This document shows positions 38,875-52,465 of a stretch of 64,000 nucleotides of DNA, in pieces (within the stretch, counting starts at the first letter, position 1; each line of letters opens with the position of its first letter). Position numbers and translations under genes: made by a program. The notes beneath the pieces are model-generated. The model saw only the letters and a list, made by a program, of their open reading frames with translations. It was not told the origin of the DNA and made no database searches. The stretch comes from Octopus vulgaris (Eukaryota), in assembly GCA_951406725.2 (NCBI GenBank), contig OX597824.1, positions 84,816,001 through 84,880,000 of the forward strand. Reading direction: 5' to 3'.

Positions 38875-40677
38875 GTACATATATATATATATATATTTAC
38901 ATATTTATATATCTCCACTTATGACCCTTCCCAAGAAGACTATTTTAAAATTTACTTGACCCTGCATTTTAGATAGATATTTGTTAAATAAATGAAAATA
39001 ATAATAATAATTCAAAACACCCAATGGAATAATATATAAGCTGAATCCATTAAAATAAAGAAAAGGCTGTATTTTTGTTTAAAACTGAATTTAGGAAGAG
39101 AAAAAAAAAGGAATAAATACAAAGGAAAACTGGGAAAAGAAATCTGAATTCAGTTGTGAGAAATCTTTTATTTTATTTTTTAATTTTTTTTTTTTTTTTC
39201 AACAACTAGACTTATTTTGTCTAAGGAAACTGCCAAGGAGACGTGGTTATGGCCAGAAATCACCAGGACCATGTCAACCGGGGGGCAGCTGAACAGAACA
39301 GTCAAGCCAATGGCCTAGTTTGAATCCCAATTCCAAATGTTCAATAAGGGGAAGGAAGGGGGGGGGGGGAACAGGGCTTTGGGGGATGGGGAAGGAGATA
39401 TTAGAAACAACAGAAGGATGGTGGATTTTGCCCAGTAAAAACTGGGGTTGAACAAAGAGGAAAAAAAAAATAAAGAATAGTCTCAGATTTGGGCCAACAT
39501 TTGTTGGATTCAGAGTTTTTTGGTTTTAGTTTGCTTTGCTTTTAAAAAGAAAAAAGTGAGGAAGGGGGAAAAAAAAAACAACAACCACCACAAAAATGCA
39601 CTTTGTGGAGTAGAGGGGGCTGGTGCAGGTGGAGTAAAAGAGACAGGTTGTTGCTTAATGGTCAGATGGAGATGAGGTCACTGCTTGTTGTGTATGTGTG
39701 TGCGTGTGTTCTTTGTGTTATGTCTATGTGCGTGTGTGTTGTATGTGTGATACGACTGTGTGGTCCACCACTATCTGGCTACAGTTATTTCATCCAACAG
39801 AGATGCCACATATTGATAGAGAGAGAGAGAGAAAGAAAGAGATAGGGTCAGCAAAAGAGAGCTATAGAGACAGAACTATACAGAGAGAAGTGAGAGAGCT
39901 GACAGAAAACTAAATATAAAGGAGAGGGAACAACATATATATATATGTATATATGTGTATATATATGTATATATATATATGTGTATATATATATGTATAT
40001 ATGTGTATATATATGTATATATATATGTGTATATATATGTATATATATATATATATATCATCTTTCATCATCATGTGTATATATATGTATATATATATGT
40101 GTGTATATATATATATATATGTGTGAGACAGAGCTACACAGAGGCAGCAAAAACTACAGAGACAGTTAGAGCTAAGGTGATAAAGAGAGAGAGAGAGGAT
40201 TACAGAGACAGAGCTAAAGAAGGGTAGACAGAGATAGCAAGAGAGTAATTCAAGAACAAGACAGCCTCGCTGTTATATTTTTTTTCAAATTACCAAATTC
40301 TAGAAAAAAATATTTCAATAAAATTCTTAATTAGTCATATATTTATATATAGAGAAAGAAAGAGAGAGAAGGAAAGAGATAAAGAAAGAACCAAAGATTG
40401 AGAGAGGGAGAGAGAGATATAATCTGATTGAGAAAACCCCAAAACAAAAAAAAAATTATAGTATATATACTTGAGTGGAATTCAAACCAATGTTTAAAAT
40501 ATTCCAATTTCCTTGTTAAACTGAAGAAAGTTGAGAGTGGAGGATGAGAGCGATCCCCCTCTGGCTGATGGGTGTGGCATCTGTGTGTGAAGTAGAAACT
40601 GCTAAGATTGCATCTTTAACAAAGAAAACAGGCAGAAAGCACACTGGGTATGTAGTAAGGTCCGGCACCAAAGTCTC
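37955..40677 (-). other. CNOT4: Predicted CNOT4 3' UTR (~2.7 kb)
   Basis: follows the stop; U-rich on the mRNA strand; no recognisable interspersed repeats, unlike both flanks; ends near an AATAAA. Confidence 0.55.
37973..37978 (-). terminator. Candidate polyadenylation signal AATAAA
   Basis: tttatt on + strand; GU/U-rich element (ttgttgtttatctttc) downstream on the minus strand. Confidence 0.5.
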
Positions 40678-40688
40678 TCATTGTAAAC
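40678..40688 (-). CDS. CNOT4: Probable last coding nucleotides of CNOT4 (G-L-Q-stop), start of terminal exon
   Basis: ccatttcttctgctttttcag acceptor, phase 1 match; followed by a long stretch free of recognisable SINEs. Confidence 0.6.
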
Positions 40689-42208
40689 CTGAAAAAGCAG
40701 AAGAAATGGACCGAGTTGAAAGACAGCTGTCTTGGTTAGTACCATCAAGAGTTAAAGAGATTACTTAAGGGATAGAGAAGGCACCTGTGTTCGAAAGTGG
40801 GGTCCTACAACATCTAACTAAGGGTTGATAAATACATATAAGACTAAGAGGAATGCTGTAAGAGGAAGTGAGGTAGAGAGGCTGAATGTTGGAAAACCTG
40901 CTCTACTCTGACCTCTCCTCTCATACCTTAAGCCCCGACTAATCTACAGAAGAAACATCCAGAGGAAACATATTCCTTAACTTAATTTGTTGGGCTACAT
41001 GGTCACTTCAACAGTGCAGGTGGCATGAAAAAAGCACCAAGTACACACTGTAAACTGGCAGGTGTTAGGAAGGGCAACCAGCCATAGAAACCATACCAAA
41101 GAAGACACTGGTGTACGATGCAGTCCTTGATTCACTGGGTCTTTGTCAAACCATCCAAACTATGCCAGCATGGAACACAGATGTTAATGGTTGGTGTGTG
41201 TATGAAATAAACATAGATGAGTAGTTTAGTTCACTTCACAGTCGTGAGGCCTTGGATATAATTCCCCTGTTTAGTATTTTGAACAAGAATGTTTAGCATA
41301 CTTTTAGTGGCATAAAAATTTTTGCAGTTAAAAGCTTTTCATCAAGTACTGGTCTTCTCAAAAACTGTATGGATTTGTTTGGGCAATTTCTTATCTCGTC
41401 ACGCTCCAAGGACTTTGTATACATACCATATTGATGGGGTTTTTTTCATACACATCTACACACACAAACTTTAACGTCTCATATTCTTTCCTTTCTTTAT
41501 TCTTTTATTTATTCATTTATTTAGGCCTACACAATGAATAGAGTCTTAAAGAATCACTGTCCTTAACCAGCTTATGATATCTAGATTATACATCAATTCG
41601 GCATGTGAAATCTGATTTATACTTCACTCTGGCCAGCAAAGCCTATAGAGGCTGAACACACCTGCAGTAAATTCTACACCCTCATATACTGAGCATATAG
41701 AATTCCTACAAACAAATAAAATGTGTTGGGAAATTAAAAGTAATTTTAGATAATCTATTGGTCCCTCTTCACAACATGTTCAGAAAGAAATGTCTATATT
41801 AAAGCAGGGATTCTTTTCTATACGCTATGTTTTTCCTTGACCCTAAATCCCTCAAGAATAAAATACATCTGTCTACACAATGCAATTGTTAAATCGTTAA
41901 AACTGTTCAGAATATAGAATAAGTGATGTCACTGGCTTAAGAACAGTACCGTCTACCAAAGCTTTATAAACAATTTCTAAGTTCAATCAGCTGCTCTTAA
42001 TGCAGTATAATACATTACCATAACACTTTCTGAAGTCAAATGAAGAATAAACTTGAAGAGCTAAACACCAACTAGATTGCAGCAAACTTAGAAGAGACGG
42101 TTGCCATATCAGGAGCTAACAGATTGAAACTAGATTTTGTCCATATTCAACACCTTAATTCAAAATAAAGGGTTTAAAGAAAAGAGTAGTCCAAACGAAA
42201 TAGTTTAC

Positions 42209-42307
42209 CCTCAGTCATCTTATGTGGTTCTGTAGTCTGAGTTGGGGGTCGGATCTGTGTATGAAAGCCTGGTGGAGGGTTGTGAGTCTGTGGTACCCAG
42301 CCAGCAC
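42209..42307 (-). CDS. CNOT4: CNOT4 exon with C-terminal PPPGF motif: AGWVPQTHNPPPGFHTQIRPPTQTTEPHKMTE
   Basis: ttgcag acceptor; gtaaac donor (read-through would stop at 42174-42176); PPPGF...RPP motif. Confidence 0.85.
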
Positions 42308-42633
42308 CTGCAATTTGAAAATGCTCAGTGATAAACACACCATTCAGAATTGTTCAGAAAAAAGAAAAATGAAATTTAAATATAACTGTAAGGACTGAAT
42401 GTCTAAATCTATGAGGGAAGTTAGTATAATTGTCTTGAATATTAACCTCACCTTTCAAACCCAATCAGGTACTCTACACATATCATGCATTAAGACATTT
42501 GATGACAATCAGATTAAATTGATCCATTATTAGAAATTAAATATTAGCATTTAAACCAGCCATATCAGGCCCAAACTGTCTACCTGTTTTATGCTAAAAG
42601 TGGCCAGACCTAGTCTCCCACAACACCTTACAA

Positions 42634-43534
42634 ACATCATCCTCATCATTTAATGTCCATTTTCCAGTTTGACAGAGGTCTGGAGAGCCAGCAGCTACAC
42701 CAGGCTCCAGTCTGATCTGGCAATGTTTTTACAGCTGAATGCCTGTCCTAACATCAACCACTCCAAGAGTGTAGTGGGTGCTTTTTACGTGCCACCAGCA
42801 CAGGAGCCAATCAGGCAGGCCTGGCATTGATCACATTCAGATAGTGCTTTTTATGTGTCAATGGCACAGGAGCCAGTGAGAGGGTACGGGCATCAGCCAC
42901 ATTCAGATGGTGCTTTTTATGCGCCACCGGCATGGGAGCCAGTCAGGCAGACCTGGCATTGGCCACGTTCAGATGGTGTTTTTTACGTGCCACTGACATG
43001 GGAGTCAGTCAGGGAAAACTGGTATCAACCACGTTCAGATGGCACATTTTACATGCCACTGGAACAGGAGCCGATCAGTGGGCACTGGCCACAGCTATAA
43101 TTTTGGTTATACTTGGCTCAACAGGTTTTCTCAATATCATATCACCTGGCACATCAAGGGTACTCTTTAATGGGCCGGACATGCAACACTGGCATCGGCC
43201 ATGGCTGCAATCTCAATCACAGCATATCTCCAAAGATCTCGGTCTCCTGTCATTGCCTCTGTGAGGCCCAATGTTCGAAGGTCAAGCTTCACCACCTCAT
43301 CCCATGTCTTCCTGGGTCTACCTATTCCAGAGGTTCCTTCCACAGTTAGGATGTGGCACTTCCTCACACAGCTGTCCTCATCCATACATAACTCATGATC
43401 ATACCAGCGCAGTCATCTCTCTTGCACACCACATTTGATGCTTCTTATGTCCAACTTTTCTCTCTGGGCGCTTACACTCTGTCGTGTATGCACATCAACA
43501 TTACACATCCAGCGGATTATACTAGCTTCATTTC
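42634..43534 (-). mobile_element. Second copy of the same LINE 3' end with a tandem array in the UTR
   Basis: VEGTSGIGRPRKTWDEVVKLDL...DRDLWR; UTR-only copies near 36780-37030, 37295-37745, 41010-41190 (+), 55329-55612 and 56600-56720. Confidence 0.85.
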
Positions 43535-43849
43535 TTAAAAATACACAATCACATCATTAAAATCTTGAAGCCTTGAGAAATACATGATTAATTCAAAATA
43601 AATAAATATTACATATGACAAAGTAATCTGGATGCTATAAAGTGTTAAAGATGAGGCTGGTTATCCAAACAAATATAACCTTATGACTGAATCAAACAAT
43701 TCTTACTAATTCAGGGACATTTTTATAAAAAAAAAAAAGTTTATCTAAACATGAATGTTTTAGGTTCTCAGCTGAGTTTGGTCAACATTGAATTTAAATT
43801 TTTAGCAGTTGTTATTGATACTTAAATAGAGAAAAGCATTGATACTGAC

Positions 43850-43966
43850 CTCTAACCGGAAAATGCTGTACAAAAGGCCTGTGTGTGTGACCTTGTGAAT
43901 CAAATTCTGTCAGTTGTTGGATGGATTTCATCCAGTGTGGATTATCTGGCATATGTGAGAAATTAC
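43850..43966 (-). CDS. CNOT4: CNOT4 exon: NFSHMPDNPHWMKSIQQLTEFDSQGHTHRPFVQHFPVR
   Basis: tttacag acceptor, gtcagt donor; resembles PPHWLKSLQALTE; too short for the ORF track. Confidence 0.87.
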
Positions 43967-44742
43967 CTGTAAAATTAATAACTATTTATGTATTGGTGAA
44001 AGGTAGAATTTTAACTTCAGAAAAAAAAAAATGATAAAGAAGAGGAAAAAGAAAATTAAAAAACTGCCTCTGAACCATTGTCAAGTCTAAAATTTGAACT
44101 TAAACATCTTACACTTTAAAGCATTAGTTATCAAGATGGAGAATTAAATACTACTCTCAGATCTCCTGATTATCACTCGATTTTCTGCTGAAATTTACAA
44201 TGCATTTGTTTGGGAAGCTGGATTACAAAAAGAAAATGCATTAAAAACCTGTTTGACATACCTTAACCCTTTAGTATTTAAACCGGCCAAAATAGTTAAT
44301 CTGTTTTATGTTCAAACTGACCAGATCCAGGCTCTCACACCTACCCTACAATGTTATTCTACATTAAGTAATTACACCATCAAGCTCTTGAAGATATGAG
44401 ATAATGCATGATTAATTCAAATCAATGTGAATCAATAAGCATTATGTTTGATAGAATAATCTGAACACTAAAGCCTTAAACAGCACAGCAAACTGAGCCA
44501 AGCACAATGCTTATTATATTACGTGATTTACAGTAATTTGTCACTATTTGAAATGAACTGCCTAAATTTTATTAATCAAAACCATGTGGCAGGAATTTGA
44601 AGCAGATGGAATAAACTCTGGTAGAATATACCTCTGACTACACAATAATATACAGTAACACTCTGAATAGGAGAGCATCTATGGTGCTGTTGGTATTAGA
44701 ATAGCAACAATTTTTTTTTCATTGTTATATTCTTTTTTAACA

Positions 44743-45725
44743 CCATCATCATCATCGTTTAACTTTTGTTTTCCATGCTGACATGAGCTGGACGGTTTGA
44801 CTGAGAACTGGGAAGCCAGGAGGCTGCACCAGGCTCCAATCCGATTTGGCAAGGTTTCTACAGATGGATGCCCTTCCTAATGCCAACCACTCAGAGTGTA
44901 GTGGGTGCTTTTTATATACCACTGGCATCAGCCACCCTTGAATGGTGCTTATGTGCCACCAGGATGGGTGCCAGTCAGGCGGCACTGGCATTGGTTACAA
45001 CTACAATTTCACTGGGTGCAACAGGTCTTCACAGGCACAGCATATTGCCCAACGATTGAAAGGTGCTTTTAAACAGGCCAGTTATGCGACACTAGCATCG
45101 ACCACGACTATGATTTCACTTGGCTTGCTGTGTCTTCTCAAGCATCACATATCTCCAAAGGTCTCAGTCACTTGTCATTGCCTCTGTGAGGCGCAACGTT
45201 CGAAGGTCATGCTTCACCACTACATCCCATGTCTTCCAGAGTTTACCGCTTCCACGGGTTCCCTCCACTGTCAGAGTGTAACACTTCACACAGCTGTCCT
45301 CATCCATACACATCACATAACCATACCAGTGCAGTTGTCTCTCTTGCACACATCTGATGCTTTTTTATGTCCAACTTTTCTCTCAGGACACTCACTGTTG
45401 TGCAAGTACACTGACATTATTACATATCCAGTGGAGCATACTAGCTTCATTTCTTAGAAGCCTACGCATGTCCTCAGCAATCACAGCCCAAGTTTCACTG
45501 CTGTGTAGCATGGCTCTTCACACACAGGCATCATACAATCTGCCTTTTGCTCAGAGAGAGGCTCTTTGTAACCAGCAGAGGTAGGAGCTCTCTGAACTTT
45601 GCCCAGCCTATTCTTATTCTAGCAGCTATGCTCTCAGAGCATCCACCCCAGCTACTGACTTGGTCACCTAAGTAATGGAAGCTGTCAATTACTTATAGTT
45701 TTCCCCCTCTGGCATGTGATGGAAT
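44743..45725 (-). mobile_element. RTE-like LINE 3' end (ORF C-terminus, 3' UTR, (GAT)n tail)
   Basis: LHWYGYV, VEGTRG and KTWDVVVKHDL motifs; tail ...gttaaacgatgatgatg. Confidence 0.85.
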
Positions 45726-46885
45726 CTATTTTCTGTACATTTTTGGTGTTAAACTTGAATTTTCACTCTTTGGTTGATAAATAGAGGTTTGTGAAAGTAC
45801 TTTTATTTGAAACAATAAGAAGGATGAAGCTAATAACAACTACCTATAATTTAATACTATTACAAAATTCAGTGCTCATTCTAACCACTCCTTCTTTTAA
45901 CTCCAATATATGTGGTCTCACAGTTCCCTTGAGCCATTCATCCACACCCATCTACATTATCTAAAAAAAGCAATATGTAGGATTCCGTCAAACATGGAAT
46001 TGCTGGCTTTCTGCCATGCATTTCCCTCAAAGGTGTTTTACAAGACATATCTAAAATCTGATATTTGTATGCAAAACCTAAAGTGGACATCATGTCACTA
46101 TTTTTCATCAACATTTCTATGACTACCACCTTCATGACTCAATCTATTTAAGTTGAGGCCTTCCTGCAGCAATTGCAGCACCTTCCAGCATAATCTGATT
46201 GAATAAGTAACTGGTGAAATGTCGACACATCCAGAATTAACAGCAACTCTCCCTAAGCATCCTAAAACTTTTTTTCAGCTTCATGACTTTACTCACTACC
46301 TTCCATTTGTCTTCAAGGTTAGGTCCTTTTGTTGGCTGCATTCAAAACAAGTGTCCCCTGTGTCTTGCAAAGCCACTTCCGTGCCTCTTCCTTTTCGTGA
46401 TTACTGTGAACAAGTATACCAATGTCGTTATGGAAACATGAAATAATCCATAAAAGGAAAAAAATGTCAAATCGAGAAATCTTCAACTTAACAAAATGCC
46501 ATGTCAAACTACCTTCTACAACCAACTCCAATTTAAACACGGCAGATTTTTACCTCTTAAACTAATGAATACCTAAATGCACCTATGCCCTCTTTGTTAA
46601 ATCCCCAAGATACCATCTAAACAGGGTCTTTTAATAAACCTATTTCTAACTGAACACCCTGAAAGTTTGACAACTGTGCATGAGATTTTTTATGCACGTT
46701 GAGGCATCCATACGTGGAATTACTTCAGGTATGTAAAAGATTGTATACATGTGACCTGGTACTCTAAAATTCACAGAATGTTAAAAAAAAATTTTCCTTT
46801 TTTAAATTATGCACAGATATGCAAATAAAATCTAAACAGAATCAAGATACCAAAAATAGTTTCTATAGTGCTTCTTGATACTTAC

Positions 46886-47054
46886 TTTTTTGAGTAGGGT
46901 TATTTTGTGACTGTTGTACGGTACACGGTGTAGAGGAGGAGGGCTGCTGCTGTGGGGGAGGTGGTTGGGATGGAGATGCACCAAAGCTTATGTTGATATT
47001 TGGCAATAAGGCCCGCAAGCCATCTTGTAGATCTTTCAGATGAAAACCATCGTG
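46886..47054 (-). CDS. CNOT4: CNOT4 exon with DLQDGLRALLPNINISFG motif
   Basis: cag acceptor, gtaagt donor; matches the conserved QDGLRALLPNINI motif. Confidence 0.92.
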
Positions 47055-47884
47055 CTGAGAGACAAGAAAAAAAACGTACATTAGTGGAAGTGCAATAGTC
47101 ATACAACAACTGACCAAATAATGGACAGAGAAGATTTATATAATTATAATATTTATATTACAGTATTTATACACATAAAAATTATAATATTTAACAATAT
47201 CATACAAAGAGAAGACAACTCAAAAGTAATCAGTCATTTGAAATATGACATTTGACTTAGAGTCAACAATTCATATGTAATGAAATTCCATATTAAACTA
47301 CACTTATATGTTCTCTCATCATTATCTCAGTAAATACTATTAAATAATCTATTTTAGACTGATTGGATTATGGCTATTATAAATTTTGCCTTGAAACCTT
47401 TCTCAGTAGTCTGGGTCAAATATCCTCAAACAAAATCACACATGATTCTGTAACATCAACTTTAGAAAATAAGGGTCGCACACATAAATGAGTGGTTAAG
47501 AGATTCACTTGACAACAACAAGGTTCAGAGTTTGATCCTACTGTGTAGTATCTTGAGCAGGAGCCTTTACCATAGCCTCAAATCAACTCATATTCTCATA
47601 TGCTACGAGTGAATTTGGGTAGATGCAAACCACAGAAATCCATCAGATGAAATGTATTTGTAATTCAAAATTCCAAGCTTGTCCTGCTATATCAAGCTGT
47701 TTCTACTTGAGAATTACACTAGAAGTACTTGTGTCTGAGGAATATTCAACCACTGCAAGCTAATTCAATGAGTAGGGTTATCCAGTTAATCATAAAAATG
47801 AACAATCAAGTCAAAATCTGTAGAAGAGTCCATCAAATGAAATAAGACTTGATAATCAAAAATTACCTTTATACAATACTTCTT

Positions 47885-48380
47885 TATGCCTTTAACCCTC
47901 CAACGCGGTGTATAGGCCACTTGTAATTGAATTCCATGTCGCATAATTTTTTGCTTCAGTACTTATACTCTGCCATGAATGTCCCCCTTTCTCTAGTTCC
48001 TTTTGTGTTGATCTACGCCACGGGTTCTTAGGCCTACCTCTTCTTCTATATCCATCTGGTTTCCACTGTAAAGCACTTTTCGCTACATTTGGTGTGTCTT
48101 TTCTAATTGTGCTACCAATCCACTTCCACTTTTTCTTAAATATTTGCTCCCTAATCAAAACTTGATTTGTTCTTTGCCATAGCTCCATATTGCTTATGTG
48201 TTCGGGCCATCTAATTTTAAGTATACTACGCAAGCATCTGTTGATGAACGATTGTATTTGCATATTTGTTGTTCGCCATGTCTCAGCCCCATACAATAAC
48301 ACCGCTTTTACGTTAGTGTTAAAAATTCTTATTTTGTTCTTTATTGAAATTACACTTGCACTCCATACTTTTTTAACGAG
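47885..48380 (-). mobile_element. RTE-clade LINE 3' fragment in CNOT4 intron
   Basis: LLYGAETW, CLRSILKIRWP, WKWIG and RRRGRPK motifs of the RTE ORF C-terminus. Confidence 0.88.
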
Positions 48381-48583
48381 TGAAAAGCAGTCCTTACAAT
48401 ACTACCTTTTTAAAATAACTTCAAACGAAAGCCTAACTTAAATACTGGTAAACTGCAGTAGATTTGCTATCAGAGTGAACTAAGACCGATGAACTTTTAT
48501 CAAACACTATGATTCCATCCAAACTATGATGCACATCTTTTCAATGAAAAGATAACTGAGCCTCTAAAGTTAAATTGACTTAC

Positions 48584-48723
48584 TTGTGAACTGTTTTGCA
48601 TCAGCTGCTCTTTACCCTGGAGATGCATTTCTGGTAAGACTGTATGAAAAGAATTCTGCACAGGCTGTTGAGGTAATTTTGGTTGGTTGTAAATATATTC
48701 CACCACTTTGCCACTATTGAATT
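48584..48723 (-). CDS. CNOT4: CNOT4 exon, Gln-rich linker: FNSGKVVEYIYNQPKLPQQPVQ...MQNSSQ
   Basis: strong polypyrimidine tract plus tag acceptor, gtaagt donor; phase 1/0 bridges neighbours. Confidence 0.8.
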
Positions 48724-51700
48724 CTACAGAAAAGGAAAAAAGAAAAGCATTTCTAAATTACAAACACTTCAAACGAACATAATGTTTTATTATTATAGAG
48801 AGAACAATTAGAGTAAGACAGGCAGTTTGATTTCAAACCTAACAATATTTGAACAAATATTTATTGTTACTATAGGGCAAAAATACATTACAAGGACCTG
48901 TCGATCAGAGGGTGTGCATTCATATTTAATGAATAATTATGATTTGGTTGAGTTAATGACCAAGTCAACAAATTATATCCTTATTACCATAAGCAAGTCA
49001 GGTGTGCTACAACACAGGTCCAGATGAGCCCCAAGTTGTGGAAATTTTATCACCAAACACTTTGCAGGGTGTACTGGATGCATTTTATGGTGTACCACCA
49101 CTAGAAGTGATACCCATGATAGTTGAGGGATTACTATATTCTATGACCAGATGCCCTTTCAGTCACCAACTCTTATGCTTACGTTTCACACTCGACAAAA
49201 GTGCCAAAGTGATGCATGTTTAAGAGAGGCAAAATACCATCACCATTTTGGCCCAAACAGTGACATTGTGAAGAGATACAGAAACACACACAACAGACTT
49301 TCATATAGTTTCCCCAACTAGATCTCACAAGATATAGGAAGGGTGTAGTACTTGCCCAATGTACCATGCAGTAAGATAGAACCCAAATCCATGTGGTTAC
49401 AAAAGAAACGTCTTAACCACACAGCCATACCTATGCCTATCATGCTAAATGAGTAACTGAAAATATATTTTTAAAATGCACATCTACATGCAAAAATACA
49501 GCAATGTGTGTGTGTGTAAAAACTAATAATACAAGGGAAATAACTTGAGAGATTCGTTTTTGGATTTGGTTTGCAAGATTCTTTATATGAGTTCGTGTGT
49601 TGAAGCATATTTTGTTGTGTCGGGGGAGAGTCATTTTTTTTTGTGCCTTATTATGTAAGTCAAGACTATTGAAAAGGTTGCAAGATACAACGAAAATTTT
49701 AGGAAAATAAAAATAAGCAATAAGTGGAAACTTTACCAGTGAGTGTGTTACATTATAAACCACAAAAAAAAAAAATAACTCTCCCCCGACACAACAGAAC
49801 TCAAGAGTTTTTATCCACTTTAAAACAAAAGTTTTTCAAAGTGAATAGTAAAAACAATCAATATCCCAAATTTTAAGAATTTAGAACATTTAATTTCCCA
49901 CCTCTGTTTGGAAAGATTTTAAACGCTTTACCAACAGCTAAAAGTCTAAGTGTATTTCTCTTCATGTGTGTATATGTGTGTGTTTGTATCTTGGTGGTTC
50001 AGGTATTTGGCCTGCAATCAATCATCCCTGGACGAAATACTGCACTGTGTCCTTGAGCAAGGCACGTCATTTCACGCTGCTCCAGTCTGAGCAACTGAAA
50101 ATGAGCACCAGTCCCCTGTTGGTGCAGCTCTTTCTCCCTCCAGCTGTCAAATCCTCAATGTGTCCCATTGGATCAAGTGGTGAGAAGACTGAGATCATGC
50201 CTATGTCAACATAAGACTACATGGGCATTTTAAAATAATTAAAAGCATGATACAAACTAATATATATATTTTTTTTTTTATTTTTATTTCAGTCGACTGT
50301 GGTCATGTTGGAGCGCTCCCCTGAAGGGTTTAAATCGATCAACTCAACCCCAGGGCTTTTTTTTTTAAAGCCTAGTAACTTGTTCTACAGGTCTCTTTAG
50401 CCAAACTTAAGTTACGGGGACATAAACACACCAACACCAGTTGTCAAGCTGTGGTGGGACATGAGCTGCTTTCAATTTCAGCTTCATTTAAGAAAAAACT
50501 TCCTGTTTGTCCCGTGTGTTTTTTGTTCTTTTTTGGCATTTTATCAAGTGAATTTCTTTTGATTTCTCTCCCCTTGATTTTTGAGCATCATAGCAGTTAA
50601 CACCTCGAGCAGTGGGTTAGAATTTGCTTATATTTATTAATGATTTATTTATTATTATTAAGCGAAAGAGAGAGATTAGACTTGGAGAAAGTCAGTGATA
50701 TTTTGGTGTTATCTTTACATATCAGCAATCTAAGTGGTATCAGGATTTATCAATTCTAATAAAGACTGGGTTGATCACTTAGTTGAACCTAGATGTTTTT
50801 TTCTGCACAATGTTGGCCCTACAAAACCTTTGAACTTAGAAGTGAAGCCTGTTGACTATCCTCATTAACTTTCTGTAGAAATATTTGTCAGGATAAACAA
50901 TGAGGACTACAAGTTATGTGCATCAAAAGAGCAATGCTATAATATCATAACAACAAAAGAGGAGACATTTTATATCTTAAACTTTTTATACAAGTTAGGC
51001 GGCTTCCAAGTTACAGGCATTACTGAAACAAGTTCAGCTCTGAGACAGGAAATTAATGCTCAGAAATCAATATCTTGTAAATATATGTGAAAGCACTTAT
51101 GAGCAATCAACTTACCTGTGCTCACCTGGGCAGGTGAATGTGAAATAACAGGTAAAAATTAGCAAGTAAGATCCAGGTTCAAATTCATGCAAGTTATCTT
51201 TTTATGATTTTCTTATAATGGATTAACTGAACTTTTGGTTTCTAACAGGATTGAGAGATTTATAGAGAAAGCATTATATATACACACACACACACACACA
51301 TACGGTCTAACCCATGGTATGGGGAACAACAATGATGTATGTACGTGTGTATATTTGCATATGTGTGTATGTGTATATGCCTACGTGTGTATGTATATAT
51401 GCCTACAGGTGTATGTATAAATGCTTGCATGTGTGTGCCTATATGCCTGCATGTGTATGCATATATGCCTGCATGTGTGTCCATATATCCCTGCATGTGT
51501 GTGTATATATCCCTGCATGTGTGTGTATATATGCATACATGTGTGTATATGCAAATGTGTATGTATGTGTGTGTATATATGCATGTGTGAGTGCGTGTAT
51601 GGCCTAGGCTGTAGGTCAAGAATTGAATTTCAATCACTTCACAAATTGCACCTCTTATGGATAATAACATGACAGAGATATCAATCTCAAAAAAAAAGTC

Positions 51701-51742
51701 AATCACAACGTTGAAACTAATTAACTAATTTGAGGAACATAC

Positions 51743-51777
51743 CTTGTCGGAACATCTGTTGATGTAACTGTTGATGC

Positions 51778-51809
<32 letters not shown>

Positions 51810-52162
51810 CTGTTGCTGTTGTTGTTGTTGTTGCTGCTGCTGCTGCTGTTGATGGTGTTGCTGCTTTATTTGCTGCTGCAGCTGTTGTAAATGACCTATA
51901 GAGAAACCTGGTGGTATGTTTGGAGTGTGGATTGGGGGCCGCATATTATTTCTATAAGCTTGGTGTGCAATATTCAAAGTCTGCTGCTGAGGTTGTTGCT
52001 GTGGCGGTGTTGGTGGGTGTTGTGGTTGTTGTTGTGGGTGGTGGAGATGTGGGTGGTGGTGGTGCAGGTATTTGTTAGGGTTTTCCCTGATATCTCTATT
52101 GCCATTCTCCTTCTCCATGAGATCAGCTAATGCTTTTGAAGATTCATTCCAAGGATCGAAAC
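51743..52162 (-). CDS. CNOT4: CNOT4 exon: CAF40-binding-motif-like GFDPWNESSKALADLMEKE followed by His/Pro-rich and polyQ tracts
   Basis: cag acceptor, gtatg donor; matches the recalled GFDPFxxxxKALADLIEKE motif of metazoan NOT4. Confidence 0.92.
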
Positions 52163-52342
52163 CTGAAATTATCAAAATGCAAAGCAAATTAACAAGAATT
52201 AATTAAAAAAAAAAATTTTTTTTAAAAAGGCAAAATATATCAAGAGTAACAATTAATTGAAGAAAGTTCTATGGAAGAAATTTGTAGAATTGTCCAAAAA
52301 AACAAACAAAAAAAAAAACAAAATTTGACAAGAATATCTTAC

Positions 52343-52465
52343 CAAGATCATCATCTTGATAATCAACACTCTTTGGTGCAAATCCAAATGCTGCTTGCCA
52401 GTCAGTTGCACTTGTTACTGGAATTGTGTCTGGGATTTCCAGAGAAGGTAAGGACTCCGGGATTC
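52343..52465 (-). CDS. CNOT4: CNOT4 exon with DWQAAFGF motif
   Basis: cag acceptor, gtaag donor; IPVTSATDWQAAFGFAPKSVDYQDDDL matches the metazoan CNOT4 motif. Confidence 0.92.

Noticed and set aside
42778-43095. Regularly spaced repeats superficially like a CRISPR array
   Set aside because: Eukaryotic context; whole units are homologous with no unique spacers; part of a LINE UTR.
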